Shown here: piece by piece, positions 27,648-37,736 of the stretch | How the letters are laid out: the number at the start of each line of letters is the position of its first letter | Position numbering within the stretch: the first letter of the stretch is position 1 | Virus record (IMG/VR): IMGVR_UViG_3300049218_000295 | Location: 1-64,000 of that record | Length of the DNA: 64,000 nucleotides | Direction: 5' to 3' (one strand) | Origin: a virus | The notes under the pieces: generated by a model | What the model was told of the DNA's origin: nothing | What the model saw: only the letters and a program-made list of their open reading frames with translations | The model's database searches: none | Position numbers and translations under genes: made by a program

Positions 27648-28603
27648 TCGACGCCCATTTTTTGGAACTTCTCGGGCAAGCCCCGGTCCGCTAGAAAATT
27701 GGGAAGACCATCGGTTATTGTGAGGTTACTTAAGTCAATCGAGGCTGTTTCTGGTCGAACCCAATCGGTTTTCACTACTTTTTCGTGTTGATTGGCGAGC
27801 AAAACTTCCTCTAAAGAACCTTCGACTTTGTAATAAGCATCTTCCAAAATTTCGGCTACTGTACTCACTGTCTTAAGTTGTTTTGAACGAATTGGAATAA
27901 ATGTCGGCTGGGCCGTCGGGTTCTCCAAATCCACCTCGATCATACCCTTACGAGGAACATCATCGAACTTGAACTGGGCCGGAGCACCTGCATAGTAGGC
28001 ATTGGGAAGGTTGATTCTTTGGTGAACATGGATATCACCAACCGCCCAATAGGTGACTTCAGGAATGTTGGGTAGAGCCGAGGTTCCCTTGGGCATAATA
28101 TGACCGTTATCAACCATTGATCCGACAATGCACTCGTGAACCATGACAACTTTATACTTACAGTGGCGGATTTTGGGTAGCAAGTCCATCACGATGTCAT
28201 GCAAGTTTTCAGTGGTGTAGCTTCCCCAGGATATCCCAATAAACCCCGTATCTTTAATAATGTGAATTTCAGGGTCCCACCCTATTATCTTCACATGCTT
28301 AAAGGGCATAAACCGATAGTCATCGATTTGGGTCATTTTGCCCTTTAGATGGTCATGATTTCCAGCAGTGACAATCGCGTCAATGCCTTCTTCCTCAAGA
28401 GTACCTAAGAACCAAGAACCAAGAAGACGCTCTTCATAAGTAGTGTTCTTTAAGTGAAAGAGGTCACCTGGAATGATGACCGGCAGGTTTCTCTTTTTTG
28501 CCTGTTCAATGATTTGAGATAGAATTCCACGGTGCCGGGCCAAATATCCCTCTAAGGAGCGGCACTCTCCAATGTGGATATCACTGGTTTGAAGAAACTT
28601 CAT
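27611..28603 (-). CDS. sbcD: SbcD/Mre11 (gp47-like) nuclease
   Basis: TSDIHIG, GDLFH, GNHD, GDIH, YAGAP; start ATG 28603. Confidence 0.88.
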   Translation of the reverse strand: MKFLQTSDIHIGECRSLEGYLARHRGILSQIIEQAKKRNLPVIIPGDLFHLKNTTYEERLLGSWFLGTLEEEGIDAIVTAGNHDHLKGKMTQIDDYRFMPFKHVKIIGWDPEIHIIKDTGFIGISWGSYTTENLHDIVMDLLPKIRHCKYKVVMVHECIVGSMVDNGHIMPKGTSALPNIPEVTYWAVGDIHVHQRINLPNAYYAGAPAQFKFDDVPRKGMIEVDLENPTAQPTFIPIRSKQLKTVSTVAEILEDAYYKVEGSLEEVLLANQHEKVVKTDWVRPETASIDLSNLTITDGLPNFLADRGLPEKFQKMGVEWVEKLLSAGTG

Positions 28604-28892
28604 TTTTGCCTGTTTCCTCTGCTTTAAGCAAGCCCTTTGGGGCTTCCATATAGGCCAAGGCAAATTTGATTCCTGCAATAATGCCTAGACTGTTTTGTTC
28701 TAAATCTCGATTACGAGCCCGCAAGCGGGGGGCCAGCTTTGGGTCAGTACTACGGGAATGATAAAGCATCCTATTCTGTTCGACTCGGTTAAGCCACTGC
28801 TTAAGGTACTGAGGATGTTTAGAAAAGTCCTGGTTCCTATCGAATTCGGCCAATGCTGACCTAAAGTGGAACTGAGTAGCGAAGTTTCTCAT
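28581..28892 (-). CDS. hypothetical protein
   Basis: 103 aa ORF overlapping both neighbours. Confidence 0.55.
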   Translation of the reverse strand: MRNFATQFHFRSALAEFDRNQDFSKHPQYLKQWLNRVEQNRMLYHSRSTDPKLAPRLRARNRDLEQNSLGIIAGIKFALAYMEAPKGLLKAEETGKNEVSSNQ

Positions 28893-29209
28893 CGAAGAGG
28901 CTCCGCCGGTCCGCCAAATCCCGCAAAGCTTACAACTTTCCTGCGGATTCTACTTGGCTGACGCATAGATTCGGCGGGATCTTCCGCCTGTTCGGACTCA
29001 GGTTCTGGCTCCGGTGCTGGTGGTTCCGGTTTACGGGCCACAGGCGCTTGAACTCTTGCTTGCTGCTGCACCGGTGGGTGCGGCTTGAACTTGCCATCGG
29101 CAGCCAACATGAGGTCGAAGATAATGGCCTTGGCGTCATTTGAGTCGATGCCCGCATTCACCAGCACTTCATACATATCGTCTGCCGCGATTTTGATTTC
29201 CATAGACAC
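28889..29209 (-). CDS. hypothetical protein with Pro-rich linker
   Basis: 106 aa ORF. Confidence 0.6.
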   Translation of the reverse strand: MSMEIKIAADDMYEVLVNAGIDSNDAKAIIFDLMLAADGKFKPHPPVQQQARVQAPVARKPEPPAPEPEPESEQAEDPAESMRQPSRIRRKVVSFAGFGGPAEPLR

Positions 29210-29233
29210 CTCGTAACCTTTTTTAGGCCTTAG

Positions 29234-30511
29234 TTACGCGTTCTCACCATCAGCCACGGAGTCAACTTCGACTCCGTCCTGGGTATAAACAGCATCAGTC
29301 ATGATTAAAGCTTGACGCAGTTTCTCCGTGAGATCGGGGGTGTTCTTGGCAAAAATCCGGTAGTCAGTATAGTTAAACTTGTTGGGCAGTCCAATCAAGC
29401 TATGCAAGTCAATGTCCCGTTTAACAGCAGAAAATGCACCCTTATCGCCTTTTTCAAGGTACCCGGTTTCCATAAGGAAGGAAAAGGAATCAAAAGCTTT
29501 GTCCAAACCAGAACCTGTCTGGCCGTCCTCCTCAAAGTAAATCTTCATCCAGCAGACCTTCTGCGGATTGAAAACCTTGTTCTTGATGGTGCGGACAGAA
29601 GTGTAAATGGCGCGGTCCATGGTTTCTTTGAGTTCTCCACCACCAGTGACATGTTGTTCTTCCCAAACGTGATTCTGGCGCGGAGTCCCGAAGTCCAAGA
29701 AAGGGTGGTCCTTATCAACCAGAACCTTGGGTTTGGAATAGCCCAAGCGCATACGGATAGCCGAGAAAAACTTTAGTGCGTCACCACAGGGCTCATAGTC
29801 TGGACTACCAAATGTGACCATCGGGGCTTTGCGGAGCTGGTTGGAATAAACCCAACTACAACCCGTGCGCGAAAGATGGCTCTGGATGATGGGCAACATT
29901 TCGGCGTACATCTTGGCGTGCATAGCCATCTTGTTGGCGTCAATGTTCTCACCAACAGCATCCGAAATAAGAGCTACCACGGAGTCCAGGAAGAAGATGA
30001 TTGGAGGGTGAGCGGCATTGCGGTTCTCTGGTAAGGCGCTCATCACTCCGTGCATGTAATTGAGCATCTGATCACCAGTTTCAGGCTGGTAGTAGTAAAT
30101 CAAATCTTGCTGCTTAGGTTTCAGCTCGCCATTCTTATTACGAGCACCACGGTAGATATCGAAATCAATACCACGAGATTTCAAGAAGAGCGGGTCGTTT
30201 CCACCTTCGGCGTCCATATAACAAGCTGCACGTCCCGCTCGAAGTTGGTTCGCCGCGATTTCGGTAAGAATAAGCGATTTCCCGCTGTGTTCGGGGCCGC
30301 TTACACCAACAATACGACCGGGTGGAATACCACCACCCGTAATATAGTCAATCCAAAGGGAACCTGTACTCGTGGCCGAGGCCGCAAAGGAATTTCTCCT
30401 TAGAAAGACCGGGGAAAGCTTGGCTGAACGCTCAAACTGACGAGCGGCCTTGCTGATTATTGAATTGATGTCCAGAGCTTCCGCTACTGTTTTTTGATCG
30501 CTGGCTTTCAT
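29234..30511 (-). CDS. recA: RecA/UvsX recombinase
   Basis: STGS...GGGIPPGRIV, GPEHSGKS, MDAE, LDSV, NQLR, GDALKFFSAIR, KNKV. Confidence 0.93.
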   Translation of the reverse strand: MKASDQKTVAEALDINSIISKAARQFERSAKLSPVFLRRNSFAASATSTGSLWIDYITGGGIPPGRIVGVSGPEHSGKSLILTEIAANQLRAGRAACYMDAEGGNDPLFLKSRGIDFDIYRGARNKNGELKPKQQDLIYYYQPETGDQMLNYMHGVMSALPENRNAAHPPIIFFLDSVVALISDAVGENIDANKMAMHAKMYAEMLPIIQSHLSRTGCSWVYSNQLRKAPMVTFGSPDYEPCGDALKFFSAIRMRLGYSKPKVLVDKDHPFLDFGTPRQNHVWEEQHVTGGGELKETMDRAIYTSVRTIKNKVFNPQKVCWMKIYFEEDGQTGSGLDKAFDSFSFLMETGYLEKGDKGAFSAVKRDIDLHSLIGLPNKFNYTDYRIFAKNTPDLTEKLRQALIMTDAVYTQDGVEVDSVADGENA

Positions 30512-30869
30512 AGTTTATCCTTCGCAGACACGCATTTAGTTCCGACTGAGCTGGGATTCCATTGAAACTTGCGAGTTCTGAGACTTTGTTATGAAAAACC
30601 AAAGTCTTAGGATGCCGACCGATTTCAAGAGCTTTGAAGTCTGCCGTATTACACCTAACAATGAAGGTGTGTGCTTTTTCTAAATGGTGCAGCCAATGGG
30701 TGTCGTTATTAAGAAATTGAAGTTCGTCCTCGAGTAAGAAGACGAAAACTCGCGGCTGGGGATCATTGGCACCTTCTCCGGTAATTGCACAGAAAAAATC
30801 TGAATAGTTATCAGACTCCAAATAATCCCGGTATTGACTTACGTCGATAAAGCGAGTTTTCGTCTCCAT
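30432..30869 (-). CDS. thioredoxin-fold-like protein lacking CxxC
   Basis: GAGGAG RBS before ATG 30869; LEIGRHPKTLVFHN...ELASFNG resembles the Trx cis-Pro region. Confidence 0.45.
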   Translation of the reverse strand: METKTRFIDVSQYRDYLESDNYSDFFCAITGEGANDPQPRVFVFLLEDELQFLNNDTHWLHHLEKAHTFIVRCNTADFKALEIGRHPKTLVFHNKVSELASFNGIPAQSELNACLRRINYESQRSKNSSGSSGHQFNNQQGRSSV

Positions 30870-30883
30870 TACAACTCCTCTTG

Positions 30884-32404
30884 TTAGTATGTCAAGCAAT
30901 AACGTCGCAGCGGGCAACGAATGCAAGAGGGGTCGCCTTTGTATGCTCCGAAGCAGTTCACTACCTGCATTCCGGCCATGTCATCGCGATCCCATACTTT
31001 CAGAGGCAAAGCCCGATTGGTTGCACTTTGGAGCGTCTGCGAGAAGTCAGTGACCACCGCTTGAAGTTCACTAGCGCTCAACCCATTGGGCTTCCCAGGA
31101 AAACCGAACCGCTTCTCCGTGCTGGCAGCAGTCCCGATCGAAACCACATTGTTTGGAACCATTGCGACCGGGGCCGCTTGCGCCACAGGAGCAGGGGCAA
31201 CCACCTGGGGCGGAGCCGAGACTACTGGTGTTGCAACTGGCTGCTGGACCAACGTAGGCTGTGGAGCCGCCATTGGCTGTTGAAAGGTCGGCTGTGGGGC
31301 CGACACTACAGGCGCAGGTGTTGGAGCCGGAGCTTGGTACACCGGGGCTTGTACAACCGCTTCCGGAGCACTTTGCACATTAAACCCAGGTGTTACCTGA
31401 GGCAAAGGTGCAGCGGGTGCTGGAGCAGCCTGCGGAATTGGGGCCGAAGGCTGCGGCGGGTAGTACGAAGGGGCTGGGGCCGGGGCCACAGGTTGCTGAT
31501 AGGGAGCAGCCTGGTACTGAGCCGGAGCGGGCTGGTAGGCCTGGCCCGGATAAGCAGGCGCTAATCCGGCTGGCTGTGGAACAGGCGGCGCAGAAGTGAC
31601 TCCTGGATTAATACTAGCCATCTGGTATGCAGGAGGCTGTGGGACGCCTGCAAGCACTTGGTCAGCAACTCCCGGAACCTGAACTTGCGGTCCGCCATTC
31701 AGAAGCTGATAGTAACCGTTGATTTGAAGCGATTGCTTTACTTCATCAACTGTTGGGTACTGAATCATTTCTTCCCAACGGAAGATTTCCTTCAAGTAGG
31801 ACATTTCCACATCAGTTAATGGGGTATGTCCACCCAAAGCCACCGTGTACTTTTGGTTCGGGTTTTGTCCGTTCGGATCGTACATGATGTTGATGTCTTG
31901 CCCGTAGTAGGGGTCAGCCACGTCTGCCTTGTATTCCGTCCCGTTGATATTGTGCGTATTGAGGCCTGTCAATTGCTTGATAGCCATGATCACCGTCATC
32001 GGGATGCGGACTGGCCTCCATGGACGCCATGCCGGATCATTTGAACCCTGTTTTTGAAGGGCTCTTGGAATAGCGTGCATAAGACCCGACTGGCGGGCTT
32101 GCATGTCCTTGATCTTCTTAATAGGGCTGTTTTTGGGATCGAATTCTTCTTCGATCTTGCATCCAGAGCCGCTGAAATGCTGCGTCTTGGAGTCGTAGTT
32201 GGTGCAAAGCAGAGGAAAGCGCTTCCCTGATTTGGTTTCCAACCAGTGGGCAGCCGTCATAAACAACGGACCGAAGAAGCGGTAGCGATACCACTGTCCG
32301 TCCTTTGGAATGTCGTAGTAGGGGACCTTGTCGTCCCAGCGGGGTTTGCGGGCAGAAAGCCCTGAGAAGCCGGAGTTCTGTTGCGGTAATGGTGCGTTAT
32401 TCAT
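30884..32404 (-). CDS. single-stranded DNA-binding protein (gp32-like) with Pro/Ala/Gln linker and C-terminal Cys4 domain
   Basis: YRFF...HW...C...C, DVADPYYGQDINI...KY core; upstream of recA; start ATG 32404. Confidence 0.6.
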   Translation of the reverse strand: MNNAPLPQQNSGFSGLSARKPRWDDKVPYYDIPKDGQWYRYRFFGPLFMTAAHWLETKSGKRFPLLCTNYDSKTQHFSGSGCKIEEEFDPKNSPIKKIKDMQARQSGLMHAIPRALQKQGSNDPAWRPWRPVRIPMTVIMAIKQLTGLNTHNINGTEYKADVADPYYGQDINIMYDPNGQNPNQKYTVALGGHTPLTDVEMSYLKEIFRWEEMIQYPTVDEVKQSLQINGYYQLLNGGPQVQVPGVADQVLAGVPQPPAYQMASINPGVTSAPPVPQPAGLAPAYPGQAYQPAPAQYQAAPYQQPVAPAPAPSYYPPQPSAPIPQAAPAPAAPLPQVTPGFNVQSAPEAVVQAPVYQAPAPTPAPVVSAPQPTFQQPMAAPQPTLVQQPVATPVVSAPPQVVAPAPVAQAAPVAMVPNNVVSIGTAASTEKRFGFPGKPNGLSASELQAVVTDFSQTLQSATNRALPLKVWDRDDMAGMQVVNCFGAYKGDPSCIRCPLRRYCLTY

Positions 32405-32520
32405 AGCGTTTCCTTTCAATTGAGCGTTAACTGCGTTACCGACTTTACTGGACGTTTTATTTGCGTTACCAGTGCAATCGGACAAAGACAAAGTAACATC
32501 GGCTTTTTATAAGAGCGTAA

Positions 32521-34149
32521 CTATGTTACTGCTTTAAAGTTGAAGCCCAAAGCCGCGAGGTTTTGTGTCAACGCTTCTGTAGTTCGAGTTTTAAGGTCGA
32601 TTTCCCGGTTCGGGACCAAATCAAGCATGCCGTGGCGCAGCGCCAGAACTTGCAGCTCTTGGTGGGTTAAATCGGCCTTGTCGCAATATTCAACGAGGAG
32701 TGCCGTAAAGTCTTCACCTTCATTGCCGATTTTGTCCTCATCGGTCATGATATCCTCTAGAGTGAGCTTCTCTTCGGAGTCATAAGTGCGATTGAGACTA
32801 TAGACTTGGGCAATACGAATAGTGTGATAGACCGATTTAGCCTTCTTGATGGACATTTTCGCAGCAGTCGCGATCTTGTCAATATTTTCATCATCGGCCC
32901 CAATTTTGGCTTTGGCCTTTTCGAGCTGAGTGTAGGCTTGCCAAGTCGAGACCGGCAATTTCACAAAGTTTGCATCTTCTTTGATGGAAAGCAAGATCAT
33001 TTGCTTAATCCACCACTTGGCCACTGAAGCGAAGGAAGCCGAGCGAATGGTAGAATAACAACTCACGGCCCTCATTAAACCCAAGGAGCCATTCTGAAAG
33101 TTGTCAAGCATTTGGTGCGCATTGCGAGCAGTGCTTCGGGCTGCTGAATAAACCGTGCGCAAATAAGGCTCGATGATGATAGCCCGTTTGCGGGTGTAAT
33201 CCGCGTGCACTTTGGCGGCATCGCGAGCTACTGCGAAAGCTGAACGTTGGAATAGCAACTTTTTGTCCAATTCGCGGATAAGTTCCACTAGGCGATGATG
33301 TTCATCAGCCCGCCCTGCGAGTTTTGCGTTGAGGGCCACCCAGTGTAGTTCTTCATAATAGGCCGTCTTCTCAACAAAATCACGTAGGATATCTTCATAG
33401 ACGCCGCGAATAAAAGCACACTTCTTAACCGCCTCATCGATTTCGCGAACCGAAGGCTTTTTCTTAGGTCCTGACTCCGCAAATAGCCGGAAGGTGTCAT
33501 AGGAGTTCCGAAGGAACCGGACCTCATGGTCCTTGAAGGTGCCCCTCGACTGCTGCTTGGCGTTTTCCTTTTCATCTTCAGAAAGGTCTTCGCGCTCGTA
33601 AATGTTTTTGCCATAAGTGTTACCAGCAGCGACCTTAACCACCACTTGATAAAGACTTTCGAGGTAGACCTCTGAAAGCTCTAGAATAGCATAAACCATT
33701 GGAAAGACAGCAGCATCGATTTCCAGAAATAGACGATGCACTTCCTTCTGAGGAAGGAGCGGAACAGAAAACACCAGTCTGCGCAAGTCACGTAAAATCT
33801 GCTCGTCAGAGCCACCAACAGGTCCACGATACTCAGGGTCAATGCGAGTGCGGGCAGCAATTTCGGCTGGGTGTAAGCCTTCCCAGGTTGGGGGCTCAGC
33901 CTCTTCGTCGGTCTCATCGGCTTCATCAATCGAGATGACTACCTTTTCTTCGAGTTCATCATCGTCGTCAGTGGAATCAAGCTCAATGTAGGCAGGCAGG
34001 AGGTCCGAGCTATCCTCACCGTCAATAGCTACAGAACGAATCCGGTTGCGGATGGTATCAAGATCATCAGGGCTCTGAAAATCCGTTTCACTAAATCCAA
34101 AATCTTCTTTGCCAAATTCACCCGACTTCCGGGTGGAGGGTTTAACCAT
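32521..34149 (-). CDS. phage RNA polymerase sigma-70 family factor
   Basis: Region 2: YLRTVYSAAR...DNFQNGSLGLMRAV...FASVAKWWIKQ...VKLPV; region 3 SLN; acidic N-terminus; region 4 truncated. Confidence 0.88.
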   Translation of the reverse strand: MVKPSTRKSGEFGKEDFGFSETDFQSPDDLDTIRNRIRSVAIDGEDSSDLLPAYIELDSTDDDDELEEKVVISIDEADETDEEAEPPTWEGLHPAEIAARTRIDPEYRGPVGGSDEQILRDLRRLVFSVPLLPQKEVHRLFLEIDAAVFPMVYAILELSEVYLESLYQVVVKVAAGNTYGKNIYEREDLSEDEKENAKQQSRGTFKDHEVRFLRNSYDTFRLFAESGPKKKPSVREIDEAVKKCAFIRGVYEDILRDFVEKTAYYEELHWVALNAKLAGRADEHHRLVELIRELDKKLLFQRSAFAVARDAAKVHADYTRKRAIIIEPYLRTVYSAARSTARNAHQMLDNFQNGSLGLMRAVSCYSTIRSASFASVAKWWIKQMILLSIKEDANFVKLPVSTWQAYTQLEKAKAKIGADDENIDKIATAAKMSIKKAKSVYHTIRIAQVYSLNRTYDSEEKLTLEDIMTDEDKIGNEGEDFTALLVEYCDKADLTHQELQVLALRHGMLDLVPNREIDLKTRTTEALTQNLAALGFNFKAVT

Positions 34150-34230
34150 AGCACTGCCTTCCTTGGATGTGACGGGGTTACACAGCCCCTACCTCTTTTT
34201 ACGGTTTATCTTTTATATAGGGACACCCAT

Positions 34231-34788
34231 ATGCTGACTGTGCGTCAACTCATCTTACTCACCCATAACCATCGCCGGTCCATAATGGACAAAGCGAAGT
34301 CTGTGGCTGTCCGTTTTGTTAAAATTACTGAGGACTATGACGACGATGGTGACCCCGTACGAGAAGTTTTAGCCATCTGCCATGGGGAAACCGTTGATCG
34401 ACGCGTTGTGATGCGCTTTTATGGAAAGGGTGCGAACGCCCACGTTTGGGTTTCTTGTGATTGCGAATACTTCCTATATCACTGCGAAGTGGCAGACCAG
34501 CGTAAGGGAAATACTGATATCGAATACTCCAATGGCCGTTGGCCAAAAGAGACCAATCCACGCGGTATCGCCCACCTCTGTAAGCACATTGTAGCGTGTA
34601 TATCACATGGGGCCGCTGATAAGCGAGCCCTCCCTAAAAAGGCTCCGCCCAAAAAAGTTACGAAACCCGGACCAAAAGAGGCACCGGAAACCGAAAAGAA
34701 AACCGCACCAAAGACCAGCACACCTAGCGGTCCGAGTGGTCCAGGATTACAGCGCCTAGGCCGTAGTGGGCGAATGGGCGGCAAGTAA
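34231..34788 (+). CDS. SWIM-type zinc finger protein
   Basis: VSCDCEYF...TNP...LCKH; Lys/Pro-rich tail. Confidence 0.75.
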   Translation: MLTVRQLILLTHNHRRSIMDKAKSVAVRFVKITEDYDDDGDPVREVLAICHGETVDRRVVMRFYGKGANAHVWVSCDCEYFLYHCEVADQRKGNTDIEYSNGRWPKETNPRGIAHLCKHIVACISHGAADKRALPKKAPPKKVTKPGPKEAPETEKKTAPKTSTPSGPSGPGLQRLGRSGRMGGK

Positions 34789-35292
34789 GAAGGCGAGCTG
34801 GGCAAGACTCCACGGGTTCACCAGTCCGAGGTCATAACCATTAAACATCTGAATGTAGTCCACCGAGGTGGTCCCATCCCCATCCTTATCTATTATACCA
34901 CGGTTTAAGAAATCGACTAAGCCGCCAATTCCCAAAAGGTGGCAGCAGGCCAGAGCCCCAGACATTGTCACCAAAACTCCTTGAACCTCAGTCCCAATTT
35001 TGGGACCGCAGTCTTTATTGATGGAGCCTATCAAGTTGACAACATGGTTGTCAAAAACCGCGTCTTGGAGTTGGCTTGAATTTAGAAAACCTTCTTTAGA
35101 AAAGGGGGTGACCCATTGAAAATCACTGTTAGCGTAGCCCCTTGTTCCGGGTATTCTGCTGGCTAGACCAAAATCGGTAAGCCGAGCCATGCCAAATTGG
35201 TAGCGCCCCAAATAACCAAATTGGTTGGTGCACAGGTAGTTGTTACTGGATTCCTTCAGACCAATGGCATCTCGAAAATCGTCGTAGTTCAT
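34756..35292 (-). CDS. lysozyme-like peptidoglycan hydrolase
   Basis: KESSNNY...GYLGRYQFG...QD lysozyme-superfamily motifs. Confidence 0.75.
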   Translation of the reverse strand: MNYDDFRDAIGLKESSNNYLCTNQFGYLGRYQFGMARLTDFGLASRIPGTRGYANSDFQWVTPFSKEGFLNSSQLQDAVFDNHVVNLIGSINKDCGPKIGTEVQGVLVTMSGALACCHLLGIGGLVDFLNRGIIDKDGDGTTSVDYIQMFNGYDLGLVNPWSLAQLAFLLAAHSPTTA

Positions 35293-35301
35293 ATATAAAA
35301 A

Positions 35302-37728
35302 TTAAGCAGCACTTTCGATGGTGAGCACCGTCCAGTGATTTTCTTTAGTGAGAAGCCAAGAACTTTCGTATACTGCGGCTTGCTTAATGACACTATCGTG
35401 CGAGATAATGAAGACGCTGGAGTATTTCTCTCGCAAAAAGGGTAATAGCTCATTTACAAACAAGTATTGTCCGGTGGCATCGAGGTTGGCATCTACTTCA
35501 TCCAAGATGAGTAAGTTGGTTTGCTTACTTCGTACTACGCAATCCGCAAGAGTGAGAACTAAAGCCACTGAAAGCCTCTTTTTCTCCCCACCTGAAAAAG
35601 TAGCAATATCATGAAAGAACTCATAAGGCACCATTTTGGCAGCGCCATTCTCATCTTCCTCTTCCTTCAAACCGGTCCGATGAGCATTAATAAAGATGTT
35701 ACCAGCGTCGCAGACGTGGGAGAAGCTCAAACCCTTTTCTCGGAATAGGAACTGCGCGTAGTAGGGTAATCGCGAGATCACCATGTCCATAATCTTTTTG
35801 AGTTGCTGGACCCGGAGCCCCTTAGGACCAAAGGCATCAACCATCCCTTCCCAGTAAGCTTGCATCTGCCGAAACTCAGGGAGCATCCCAAGTCGCTGGT
35901 TCAAAGAGTCTAGCTGGGAGCGAAGTCTGGTATAACGGTCGTTCTGTCCTTTTAATTCGCCATGTTTGGTGCGCAGTTCGGCCTCGGTCTGGGCGGCCTC
36001 GTTTTCTTGTTGGCAAAGCTCGCCATAGGTCACGTCCAGTAATTCTATGGTTCCTTTGGGAGTATAATTCAGCTTAGCCAATTCTTGCTGCGCTTGGACG
36101 CAAGTGCGGAGTTGCCTAATAATAGACTCACACTCGGCGATCTCCTTTACCAAGGAATCGCTAGAGGTCTCGCTCTCAATCGGTTGAAATTGCGAGCTGG
36201 TGAGGCGCAAAGACACGTCTTGGTACTTGCGCAAAGGCTGCTGGTAATCCAGAAACAAAAACAATTGGTCAGAATCTTGCTCAGTGAACAGTTCGAGTGA
36301 ACCAAGCTGCTTTTCAAGTTCTTTGCGCTTTAAGATTCCATTATTCTTGTTCTCAATAACTTTAAGGTCCTGCATGACATCAGTATACTGGGCTTGGAGT
36401 TCTGGGACGCGGTCCAATTCGGATTGCACTGTGCCAACATCGTGTTCGGAGCCACATGTAGGGCATTTGCCATCCTTGAGTGCTTCGGACCTTGTCTTGA
36501 TGTGCTGAATTTCGCTATACAGTCTCTGAGCCTCGCACACCAAATCCAAGGTAGAAATTTGCTCGGGGTTCTGAGGAAGACTCGCAATTTCTTTTTGGAG
36601 GGACTGCTGTCGTTGAACAAGATTTTTGCGGTTCTGTAGCTCCGCAATTTTGGTGGAAAGGTCAATCCCGCTAGACAAAATTTCTGGCAGCTTAGAGTAC
36701 TGAGACTCTAGAGACCTTTTAACGCTTTCAAGCTCTGCAATTTGAGCATTGTTTTGTTGGGCACGAGCATTGCGAACTTTAATTTGCTCGCAATCTTTGA
36801 GGCTCACTTGCAAGGTAGAACGCCGCTGCTCCATCTCGTTCAGGCTCTCTTGGGCCGAGTCAAAAGCTTCAGCCTCGGGCAAAAGCTCCAAATACCGGGC
36901 GAACAGGAGTCTTTCCTGCTGCAAGGCTCTTTGTTGTCCTGCAAGGTCTTTTCTGTTCAGTTCAATTTGCTTGATTTGGGACTCGATTGGTCCAAGATCC
37001 TGGTAGCTGTATTGGATGATTTCGGTCGCGAGGGTCTCCTGAGTGTGAACCAGACCGCCAAGCTTTTCAATCTCATCTGTCACTTTATTGCGCTCGGCTT
37101 TGGCCTCTTCAAGGACCTTGTCGTAACGGTCATCCAAGTTAAAAAAATCCGAAATGTAGGCTTTGCGTTCTGATGGTTTACCGTCAATCAAAACATGCAT
37201 ATTGTTTTGGGTAAGATGAACCGAACCTTCGAACTCTTCCTTGGTAAGACCAATGATTTTCGCGACCTGCTTTTTCTGGTCGGGATAGCCATGCGCGGTC
37301 TCGTCGCGACCAAGAAATTTGCAATCCTTCCGAGTACAAACCGCAGTCTTGTTCACCTTATCATATTTGAACTTATGGTCGCATTCGGGGGTGCCCATTC
37401 CGTTAACGGCAAGAACTTTATAGTTCCACTTGCCCTTTTGACGGAAATGGATGATATGGTAAATTTGTTCCGCTTCCTTTCGAAGCAATTCGACATGCAC
37501 CGCCGCGTCTTGGTCGTCGCGAATGAGAGCGTCGCCTTTGTGCCCACCGACTCCGGGCAACGAGCCGAAAAGGCAAGTCTCAACGAGCCCCCAAATCGAA
37601 CTTTTGCCTACTCCATTATCGCCCAAAATCGAGACAATACCTTGCTTGTCTAGGGGAAAATACTGATTGCGATAAACCAGGCTATTTTTGACACGAAGAG
37701 ACAGAAACTGAAGGTCTGGTGATGACAT
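35302..37728 (-). CDS. sbcC: SbcC/Rad50 (gp46-like) ATPase
   Basis: GDNGVGKSS, coiled coils with CPTC hook, FSGGEKKR, LILDEVD, IISH; start ATG 37728. Confidence 0.92.
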   Translation of the reverse strand: MSSPDLQFLSLRVKNSLVYRNQYFPLDKQGIVSILGDNGVGKSSIWGLVETCLFGSLPGVGGHKGDALIRDDQDAAVHVELLRKEAEQIYHIIHFRQKGKWNYKVLAVNGMGTPECDHKFKYDKVNKTAVCTRKDCKFLGRDETAHGYPDQKKQVAKIIGLTKEEFEGSVHLTQNNMHVLIDGKPSERKAYISDFFNLDDRYDKVLEEAKAERNKVTDEIEKLGGLVHTQETLATEIIQYSYQDLGPIESQIKQIELNRKDLAGQQRALQQERLLFARYLELLPEAEAFDSAQESLNEMEQRRSTLQVSLKDCEQIKVRNARAQQNNAQIAELESVKRSLESQYSKLPEILSSGIDLSTKIAELQNRKNLVQRQQSLQKEIASLPQNPEQISTLDLVCEAQRLYSEIQHIKTRSEALKDGKCPTCGSEHDVGTVQSELDRVPELQAQYTDVMQDLKVIENKNNGILKRKELEKQLGSLELFTEQDSDQLFLFLDYQQPLRKYQDVSLRLTSSQFQPIESETSSDSLVKEIAECESIIRQLRTCVQAQQELAKLNYTPKGTIELLDVTYGELCQQENEAAQTEAELRTKHGELKGQNDRYTRLRSQLDSLNQRLGMLPEFRQMQAYWEGMVDAFGPKGLRVQQLKKIMDMVISRLPYYAQFLFREKGLSFSHVCDAGNIFINAHRTGLKEEEDENGAAKMVPYEFFHDIATFSGGEKKRLSVALVLTLADCVVRSKQTNLLILDEVDANLDATGQYLFVNELLPFLREKYSSVFIISHDSVIKQAAVYESSWLLTKENHWTVLTIESAA

Positions 37729-37736
37729 AGCTACTT

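Noticed and set aside
30881-31564. Long antisense or alternate-frame ORFs (e.g. 30881..31564, 41963..42505, 44360..44824)
   Set aside because: Shadows of Pro/Ala-, collagen- and Gly-rich coding sequence with no independent motifs.
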